The notes under the pieces are model-generated. The model was not told the origin of the DNA. It did no database searches and was given only the letters and a program-made list of their open reading frames with translations. Shown here in pieces: positions 30,025 through 37,638 of a stretch of DNA of 64,000 nucleotides (positions are counted from its first letter, which is position 1; the number at the start of each line of letters is the position of its first letter). The DNA is from Bacteroidota bacterium (GTDB lineage Bacteria > Bacteroidota > Bacteroidia > Chitinophagales > BACL12). The DNA lies in NCBI GenBank assembly GCA_016706865.1, contig JADJIS010000002.1, forward strand, positions 1,236,720-1,300,719, read 5' to 3'. Position numbers and translations under genes: made by a program.

Positions 30025-31416
30025 ATGGAAGAATTCTATTTCGGCTGGTTATCCATAATCCCACCACTGGTGGTAATTCTCGTTTCCATCTTATTGCGCT
30101 CCTCTTTTGAAGGATTATTAATCGGATGCCTTGCAGGATTTATAATGATAGATGGTTGGGGATTTTTTGATGGATTTATCACCTCACTTTATGCGGTGAT
30201 GACCGATGAAGATACAGTATGGGTAATTGTGGTTTGCGGATTATATGGTTCCATCATGGCCTTGATGATCAGAAGTGGAGGTGCGAAAAAATTTGGAGAA
30301 AGAATGTTGGAGCGAATTCAAACTAAACGTCAGGCGTTGATGGGCACATGGTTATTGGGAATATTTGTTTTTATTGATGATTATTTAAGCGCATTAACAA
30401 CCGGTATTACCATGCGGAATGTTACCGATAAATTTAAAATACCTAGAGAATATTTAGCCTATATTGTTAATACGTTATCACCGCCATTATGTGTGATAGT
30501 TCCCATTTCCACATGGACTTTATTTATAGGAGTACAATTAGAAGAATCCGGATTTGCCGCGTCGGGTGAAGGGTTAAAAACATATTTTTCTATTATCCCT
30601 TTTGTTGCCTACGGCTGGATATCGGTTTTAATGGTGCCACTTTTTATTTATGGAGTAATTCCAATGTTCGGCAAAATGAAAAAGGCAATTCACAGAGCAG
30701 AAACTACCGATGAAATAATTCCCGAAGGAACAAAATTATCGAGTGTTCACTTTGAAATATTTCCTAAACTGGTAAATCCGAAAGCGCGTTATTTTTTAAT
30801 ACCGATGTTGGTAGTCCTTATTGCAACTATGGCGTTTCAGGATTTTTCCACTCCTGGAATTGAAATTGATGCTCTCAAGGGAGTGCTTATTGGAGTTGCA
30901 TTTACTTTTTTATATTTTTTAATTCGCAAATTGTCTACTGTTCAGGAATTAACCGAAACAATATTTTCCGGATTTAATTCTATGTTATTCGCATTGGCAT
31001 TGGTTGTGATTTCACTCATGTTGAAAGAGGTTGGTGATAAAATGGGATTAACTCAATATGTGATCAATTCAGTTTCGCCTTATGTGAGCAGAGAATTTTT
31101 ACCCGTCATTATTTTTATTTCACTTTCTGTGATCTCCTTTACCACGGGTTCGAGTTGGGGACTATATGTTGTAGCGATTCCTATTGTTATACCGCTTGCA
31201 CAATCCATCGATTCAAATGTGCTGTTAAATATTGGAGCAATAATAAGTGCCGGAGTTTTTGGTGCAAATGCATGTTTATATTCTGACGCCACTATATTAA
31301 CCTCTCAAAGTTGTGAAACCAATAATATGCAACACGGCTTAACACAGCTGCCCCTGGCATTATTGGCATTTGGTTTTAGTTGCATCGTATATGTAATATT
31401 GGGATTTATTTTTTAA
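30025..31416 (+). CDS. NhaC-family (Na+/H+ antiporter-like) membrane transporter
   Basis: 463 aa with ~11-12 TM segments. The N-terminal WLSIIPPLVVILVSILLRSSFEGLLIG pattern is typical of NhaC-type carriers. Confidence 0.8.
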   Translation: MEEFYFGWLSIIPPLVVILVSILLRSSFEGLLIGCLAGFIMIDGWGFFDGFITSLYAVMTDEDTVWVIVVCGLYGSIMALMIRSGGAKKFGERMLERIQTKRQALMGTWLLGIFVFIDDYLSALTTGITMRNVTDKFKIPREYLAYIVNTLSPPLCVIVPISTWTLFIGVQLEESGFAASGEGLKTYFSIIPFVAYGWISVLMVPLFIYGVIPMFGKMKKAIHRAETTDEIIPEGTKLSSVHFEIFPKLVNPKARYFLIPMLVVLIATMAFQDFSTPGIEIDALKGVLIGVAFTFLYFLIRKLSTVQELTETIFSGFNSMLFALALVVISLMLKEVGDKMGLTQYVINSVSPYVSREFLPVIIFISLSVISFTTGSSWGLYVVAIPIVIPLAQSIDSNVLLNIGAIISAGVFGANACLYSDATILTSQSCETNNMQHGLTQLPLALLAFGFSCIVYVILGFIF

Positions 31417-31455
31417 AATATTTTTAAATTAAAGGGATTAAAAAATTATGTTATT

Positions 31456-32091
31456 TTGAATAAGATTCATTATATAAATAACGGTATATTATTTACAAAT
31501 ACCCGTGAAGAACATGCTTCAGCCTTGGAAGAACTTCAGTATATTGTATTTCCAAACCTTGCGGAGAATGAAATATTGCAGGCGGAACATTATCTAAAAC
31601 ATCTTAAAATTTTCCCCGAGGGACAGTTGGTAGCTCTCGACAACAATAAAGTAATAGGTGGAACAACCACAATGCGTTATAATTTTGACCTTAATGATCC
31701 CGTTCATCATACTTTTAATGAAACCGTAGCAGGAGGCTGGCTCACAAATCACGATCCAGAAGGGGAATGGTTATATGGAATTGATGTAAGCGTACATCCA
31801 GATTATCGCGGTCGCGGTGTTGCAAAAGAATTTTACAAAATACGAAGTGAGATCGCCAAAAAACTTGGATGTAAAGGGCAGTTAACCGTTGGAATGCTCA
31901 ATGGATATATTAATTATAAAGATCATTTGACCATTGACGAGTATTATTTAAAAGTAAAGTCTCACGAAATTTTTGATCCAACCGTTTCTGTTCAGGAAAA
32001 AATAGGATTTGAAATAAAAGGATTGATAAAAAATTATCTTAATGACCCCACTTGTGGTAATGCGGGAGCGATAATAGTGATGTACCGATGA
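31456..32091 (+). CDS. GNAT-family N-acetyltransferase (TTG start in the ORF track)
   Basis: YGIDVSVHPDYRGRGVAKEFYK is an acetyl-CoA-binding motif-A-like sequence (R/Q-x-x-G-x-G/A). Confidence 0.8.
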   Translation: MNKIHYINNGILFTNTREEHASALEELQYIVFPNLAENEILQAEHYLKHLKIFPEGQLVALDNNKVIGGTTTMRYNFDLNDPVHHTFNETVAGGWLTNHDPEGEWLYGIDVSVHPDYRGRGVAKEFYKIRSEIAKKLGCKGQLTVGMLNGYINYKDHLTIDEYYLKVKSHEIFDPTVSVQEKIGFEIKGLIKNYLNDPTCGNAGAIIVMYR

Positions 32092-32098
32092 AAAAATA

Positions 32099-32420
32099 AT
32101 GTACCAATGTACCAATTAACAGCCAAAAAAATAATTGATAATTGATAATTGACAATTGATAATGAAACAGCCAAAAAAATAATTGATAATTGATAATTGA
32201 CAATTGACAATGAAACAGCCAAAAAAATAATTGATAATTGACAATTGATAATTGACAATGAAACAGCCAAAAAAATAATTGATAATTGACAATTGATAAT
32301 TGACAATGAAACAGCCAAAAAAACTAAGCATTGTAAAATATATACATAAATCAAACTTTAAATTTTACCGAAATGTAACGACCGTCGAATGAGCGGCTGT
32401 TCATTGGTACATTGGTACAT
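32099..32420. repeat. Composite element: 26-bp terminal inverted repeats (32099-32124 and 32395-32420) enclosing 4 tandem 48-bp units (32119-32310)
   Basis: The left arm is atgtaccaatgtaccaattaacagcc. The reverse complement of the right arm is atgtaccaatgtaccaatgaacagcc. ACAGCC heads occur at 32119, 32167, 32215, 32263 and 32311. Confidence 0.9.
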
Positions 32421-32458
32421 TATTACATTGTTACATTAAAAAGCATTAAATTTAAACT

Positions 32459-33802
32459 ATGAGTTCTATAAATCTTAAAACCTCCATCCCCGGCCCTAAG
32501 TCGTTGGAAATTATTGAGAGGAGAAAAAATGCCATGCCTCTTGGGCTTGCAAAATCAACGGATATTGCAATTCATTCGGCTGAGGGTGGAGTTGTAATTG
32601 ATGTGGATGGAAATACTTTGCTTGATTTTGCCGGTGGAATAGGGATGATGAACATAGGTCATAATAACAAACTCGTGGTGGAGGCCATGAAGGAGCAATT
32701 ATATAAATATACCCATATCTGCTCCTTGGTTGCAACTCCGGAGCCCTATGTTGAATTAGCAGAATTATTAAACAGTTTAACTCCCGGTAATTTCCCCAAA
32801 AAAACATTATTGGCGAACAGTGGAAGTGAGGCCGTGGAAAATGCGGTGAACATCGCCAGATATTATACCAAAAGGTCCGCTGTAATTTGTTTTGAAGGAG
32901 GATATCACGGTCGCACATTGCTAACATTAAGTTTAACAAGTAAATACGCATTATTTAAAAAGGGATTTGGACCTTTTGTTAATGATATTGTTCGTTTACC
33001 ATCACCAAATATTTATCGCAAACCTGATCAATTAACAGAGGAAGAATATATTCAATTTTGTATTAACCAATTTGAAGTGGCAATGATCTCACAAATTGAT
33101 CCTGATAGTGTTGCCGCAATTATTATTGAGCCTGTATTGGGGGAAGGAGGATTTATTCCCATGCCGAAATTATTCCTGCAAAAATTGAGAGATGTTGCTT
33201 CCAAACATAATATCGTTTTAATATTCGATGAAATACAATGTGGTGCTTCGCGTACCGGAAAATTATTTGCCTGCGAACATGTGGATGTTGTTCCAGATAT
33301 TATTTGTTCTGCAAAATCAATTGGAGCAGGAATGCCAATTAGTGCAATTACCGGAAGAGCAGAAATTTTAGATGTTGTACATTTAGGTGGTATAGGTGGG
33401 ACATATGGTGGTAATCCTGTTTCATGTGTTGCCGCTATTCAATCACTCAAAATATTATCTTCTCCTGAATTTTTAAATCGTGTTAATAGAGTTGGGGAAC
33501 TTATTGCAGATGAACTTGAAAAGTGGAAATTAAAATATTCCTGTATTGGTGATGTTCGAGGAATTGGCGCCATGCGATTAGTGGAATTCGTAAAGGATAG
33601 AAATACCAAAGAACCTGATGTAGAGATCGCCATGGAAATTATAAAGGATGCAATTGCACACGGAATAATTTTAATTCGTGCCGGATTATTCAGCAATTGT
33701 ATACGTTTACTTCCTCCAATTGTAATGACCGATGAACAATTATTGGAAGGATTAAATGTTTTGGAAATGGCAATACAAAGTGCGCAATTAAAAAGAAATT
33801 AA
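32459..33802 (+). CDS. Class-III (omega-) aminotransferase, second GabT-like paralogue
   Basis: NSGSEAVENAVNIAR, DEIQCGASRTGKLFA, SAKSIGAGMPIS (PLP lysine). Confidence 0.9.
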   Translation: MSSINLKTSIPGPKSLEIIERRKNAMPLGLAKSTDIAIHSAEGGVVIDVDGNTLLDFAGGIGMMNIGHNNKLVVEAMKEQLYKYTHICSLVATPEPYVELAELLNSLTPGNFPKKTLLANSGSEAVENAVNIARYYTKRSAVICFEGGYHGRTLLTLSLTSKYALFKKGFGPFVNDIVRLPSPNIYRKPDQLTEEEYIQFCINQFEVAMISQIDPDSVAAIIIEPVLGEGGFIPMPKLFLQKLRDVASKHNIVLIFDEIQCGASRTGKLFACEHVDVVPDIICSAKSIGAGMPISAITGRAEILDVVHLGGIGGTYGGNPVSCVAAIQSLKILSSPEFLNRVNRVGELIADELEKWKLKYSCIGDVRGIGAMRLVEFVKDRNTKEPDVEIAMEIIKDAIAHGIILIRAGLFSNCIRLLPPIVMTDEQLLEGLNVLEMAIQSAQLKRN

Positions 33803-33837
33803 TCTTTACAAATTAATTTGGAGGCGAATAATAATTA

Positions 33838-35382
33838 ATGGCGGATAAAATATTCTTTAATGGCAAAATATTGACACAGGATAAACAAAATCCTAAGGCA
33901 TCGGCGTTTGCTATTAAAAACGGAAAATTTATTGCAGTAGGAGATGATAAAAATATACTTGAATTAAAATCCCCCCAAACCCTTTTAATTGACCTTCATA
34001 ATAAAACTGTTTTACCGGGATTTAATGATGCCCATATTCATGTCTGGAAGGTCGGCAATTTATTAACTTCATTGTTGGATCTGAGAGGTATTAAAAGCCT
34101 CGGGGAAATGCAGGATAAATTAAAAGATTATGCGCATAATAATCCTCAATTGGAATGGATTTTAGCCAGAGGATTTAACGAGGCGCTTTTCCCGGATAAA
34201 AAAATGCCTGATAAATTCGATCTCGATAAAATAATTACTGACCGGCCCGTTTGTATTACTCGAACCTGTGCACATCAAATAATTGTTAATTCAAAAGCGC
34301 TCGAATTTTGTAATATAGTTACTGACACAAAAGTTCCGCAGGGAGGTGAGATCAAATTATTGCCCGATGGTTCACTGGCAGGGCATTTCACAGAAACTGC
34401 CATAGGATTGATTTTAAGTAAAATTCCAAAATACAACAAGATACAATTACGTGAAATGATTCTTGCTGCGCAGGATAAATTGATAGAATGCGGAATTACT
34501 GCCGCCACTGATCCAGCTGTGGAAAAAGACCTTATAGAAGTATATAAGGAAATGGATAGGAATGGTGAATTAAAGATCAGAATAAATATATTTCCCATCA
34601 GAGTTCCTGATGGAATAAATAAAGTATATCCATTACCGGAAAAATACAGGTCAGATCTTTTAAATATCGACACCGTTAAATTTTTTGCTGATGGTGGCTT
34701 AAGTGGAAAAACGGCTGCTATGAAAAAGCCCTACAAAAATTCAAATGAATCAGGGGTATTGAGAATTGAAAAAGAGACATTTAAAAAATTGGCACTCGAA
34801 TCTCAGGATGCCGGTTTTCGAATTGCTGTGCATGCAATTGGCGATTCTGCTATCGAAATGGTTTTGAATGTATTAGAGGAAATTGCTCCTTTTAATAGAA
34901 GTAAAATAAATCATCGTATAGAACATGTTGGATTTCCATCCCAATACGATCTGAAAAGAATGGCCGATTTAAACATCAGTGCCGTGATGCAACCAATTTT
35001 TATTTATGAATTAGGGAAAAATTTCAGGCAAAATCTATCCGAAGAATATTTAAACAAGATTTATCCCGTAAAATCAATAATTCAGAGGGGAATAAATGTG
35101 GCATTTTCCACAGATGCTCCGGTGGTTGTAAATTTTGATCCTTTATTTAATATAAATTCCGCTATGAATAGAATTGATGATAGGGGAAACAAACTTTCAG
35201 CGGATCAAAAGGTAACTTTTGAAGAAGGTGTATTTGCATATACAATGGGTTCCGCAATCGCCTCAGGTTATTCAGAAAAATTGGGGTCAATTGAAATTAA
35301 TAAATATGCAGATTTTGTGGTATTACAAGATGAACAAAAGGTGTATTCCACATTTGTAAACGGAGAACAATTAATAGTATGA
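33838..35382 (+). CDS. Metal-dependent amidohydrolase (Amidohydro_3 / YtcJ-like)
   Basis: PGFNDAHIHVW (HxH), AVHAIGD and a later FSTDAP-type Asp motif. Length is 514 aa. Confidence 0.85.
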   Translation: MADKIFFNGKILTQDKQNPKASAFAIKNGKFIAVGDDKNILELKSPQTLLIDLHNKTVLPGFNDAHIHVWKVGNLLTSLLDLRGIKSLGEMQDKLKDYAHNNPQLEWILARGFNEALFPDKKMPDKFDLDKIITDRPVCITRTCAHQIIVNSKALEFCNIVTDTKVPQGGEIKLLPDGSLAGHFTETAIGLILSKIPKYNKIQLREMILAAQDKLIECGITAATDPAVEKDLIEVYKEMDRNGELKIRINIFPIRVPDGINKVYPLPEKYRSDLLNIDTVKFFADGGLSGKTAAMKKPYKNSNESGVLRIEKETFKKLALESQDAGFRIAVHAIGDSAIEMVLNVLEEIAPFNRSKINHRIEHVGFPSQYDLKRMADLNISAVMQPIFIYELGKNFRQNLSEEYLNKIYPVKSIIQRGINVAFSTDAPVVVNFDPLFNINSAMNRIDDRGNKLSADQKVTFEEGVFAYTMGSAIASGYSEKLGSIEINKYADFVVLQDEQKVYSTFVNGEQLIV

Positions 35383-35496
35383 ATTTAAATCATTTTCGTC
35401 CGTTTATTCCATATAAATTCGTGTAATTGTTAATTTTAACTCAATTTTTTTTAAAAATTAAATAAAAACAGTATACTTGTATCTTAATTAAGAACT

Positions 35497-37371
35497 ATGA
35501 AGAAAAATTATACCAAATTATTTATTGGAAAACCTGCACTGCTGGTAGCTTTAGCATTAATTTCCATTTCCTCCCGGGCACAATCTTATATTCAATCGGC
35601 CTGCGACTTTACTCCGATGTCAACGGAAGGGACGTTTTTATGTTTAGGGGACGATGAAGTTAGTGCTGCAATTCCCCTCGGCTTTACGTTTGAACTGTAT
35701 GAAGTTCCTTTCACGGAATGTTATATAAGTTCTAACGGTTATTTGTCGTTTACCGCAGGACTTGGTTCTAGTTGTTGCACAGGGATCATTCTCCCATCGG
35801 GCACTTATCCCTACTCTATCTTTTTTGGACAAGAAGATCTTGATCCGAATGCTTGTGTGGATGGTGATATCACATATTATACTACAGGTGCTCCAGGAAG
35901 TCAGGTATTTGTATTAAGCTACACTGATGTGCCTCATTATCCTGGTCCTGAAGGTACATTTCCTATAACAGTTCAAGTTCAATTGTATGAAGGAACTCAG
36001 GAAGTTCGAATTGTTACTACGAATTATAATGGTGATGGGGGACTTTCTACTATGGGTTTAAACAAAAATGCTTTGGAAGCAGACGTTGTGCCGGGAAGAA
36101 ATAGCGAAGATTGGTCAGCTTTTGACGAATGTATCTCATTTTTACCTGATGGACTACCTGATGAAGGTTGCACTGACCCTGAAGCTATAAACTACGATCC
36201 AGGCGCTGAAATTGATAATGGTTCTTGCTTCTTCGGATATTTATATTCCGAATGTGATTATGTAACCATGCCAACTGAAGGTACTATTGTTTGTTTAGGT
36301 GATGATGAAGTTTCGGCCGCAATTCCTATGGGTTTTGATTTTCCATTTTATGGTATTACGCATTCTGATATTTATCTTGGTTCAAATGGCTATGTAACAT
36401 TTAATGCGGGATTAGGAACTGCTTGTTGCACTGGACAAATTTTACCAAACGGTATTTATCCAAATTCAATATTTTTAGGTCAGGAAGATCTTGATCCAAA
36501 TTTCTGTGTTGATGGTGAAGTAAATTATTATACTTCAGGACTTGCCGGTAGTCAAATTTTTGTTGTTAATTATTTAAATGTTCCGCATTATAATGCCGAT
36601 GCTGATCCTACTTATTTTCCGGTTACTGTGCAACTTCAATTATATGAAGCAACCGGGGAGGTTAAAATAGTTGTAACCCAATGGAATAATGACGGTGGTG
36701 CCGCTACTATGGGTTTGAATTATGACGGCGTAATTGCAAATCCAGTTGAAGGAAGAAATTCTGAAATTTGGGATGCATCAGAAGAATGCCATTCCTGGTT
36801 GCCAAGTGAAGGTCCAATTCCGGTTTGTGATATTCCAACGGGTTTATATGCAGATGGAATAACAACAGATGATGCAGTTTTACATTGGGATGCAATGGAT
36901 GGTGCAGATCAATATAGAGTTACACTTCAAAATACAGCTACAGGCTTAATAAAAACACGTGGATTTGAATCAAATGTTGTGGAGATAGTTGACAAATTAA
37001 CTCCGCTAACAACTTATGCTTTCCGTGTTAAAACTGTTTGTTATGATATTCTTGGTGAGATAACACCTCCATCAGAATGGTATTATTTTACAACACTTGG
37101 CCGCATAGGTACAACCGAAGCAGCAATTACCATGTATCCAAATCCAAATGCGGGTCAATTTACATTGCAGATAAGTGATTATAGCGATAATGCATTTGAA
37201 TTATTTGTTTATGATGCAATGGGTAAAATTGTTTATAATAAATCCATTCAAATTGACAATGCAAATTATACAGAGCAGATCAATTTGGAAAATGTGGCAT
37301 CTGGTATTTATCAGGTTAAATTGTTAAACAATGATGCACAATTAACATATCCTGTTGTGATACAGAAATAA
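35497..37371 (+). CDS. T9SS cargo, modular: Cys-rich NIDO-like module A, DDGSC linker, module A', FN3-like (F1), T9SS CTD
   Basis: Signal peptide ...ISSRAQS. Internal duplication: SACDFTPMSTEGTFLCLGDDEVSAAIPLGF... and SECDYVTMPTEGTIVCLGDDEVSAAIPMGF.... The C-terminal MYPNPNAGQFTLQI...GIYQVKLLN is the CTD. Confidence 0.8.
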   Translation: MKKNYTKLFIGKPALLVALALISISSRAQSYIQSACDFTPMSTEGTFLCLGDDEVSAAIPLGFTFELYEVPFTECYISSNGYLSFTAGLGSSCCTGIILPSGTYPYSIFFGQEDLDPNACVDGDITYYTTGAPGSQVFVLSYTDVPHYPGPEGTFPITVQVQLYEGTQEVRIVTTNYNGDGGLSTMGLNKNALEADVVPGRNSEDWSAFDECISFLPDGLPDEGCTDPEAINYDPGAEIDNGSCFFGYLYSECDYVTMPTEGTIVCLGDDEVSAAIPMGFDFPFYGITHSDIYLGSNGYVTFNAGLGTACCTGQILPNGIYPNSIFLGQEDLDPNFCVDGEVNYYTSGLAGSQIFVVNYLNVPHYNADADPTYFPVTVQLQLYEATGEVKIVVTQWNNDGGAATMGLNYDGVIANPVEGRNSEIWDASEECHSWLPSEGPIPVCDIPTGLYADGITTDDAVLHWDAMDGADQYRVTLQNTATGLIKTRGFESNVVEIVDKLTPLTTYAFRVKTVCYDILGEITPPSEWYYFTTLGRIGTTEAAITMYPNPNAGQFTLQISDYSDNAFELFVYDAMGKIVYNKSIQIDNANYTEQINLENVASGIYQVKLLNNDAQLTYPVVIQK

Positions 37372-37390
37372 TGAAGTGAAAAATATGTCA

Positions 37391-37424
37391 GCAGGTCATC
37401 CGAAAAGATGACCTGCTTTTTTTT
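37391..37424 (+). terminator. Rho-independent terminator
   Basis: gcaggtcatc-cgaaaa-gatgacctgc followed by T8. Confidence 0.9.
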
Positions 37425-37638
37425 GTATATATCTCTATATTTCTGCCTAATTTGTTTACTTGAATGCAAGAACTTGGATAAGTTTATGTAGTAACTTGTC
37501 TGGGTTAGGTTGTATTTCGATCAAATTTCTTCTTGAATTTTATTTAAGATTACACCTTGGTTAATTCATTTTTTTATTTACCTTTAAACCACATTTATTA
37601 TAACTATAAACTTAAATTTTAACTAAAAAAACACATTT

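Noticed and set aside
32119-32316. Possible CRISPR array or coding repeats (two minus-strand ORFs, 32034..32354 and 32116..32331)
   Set aside because: These are 48-bp head-to-tail units without spacers. The ORFs are just periodic translations of the repeat (…IINCQLSII…) with no start context or motif.
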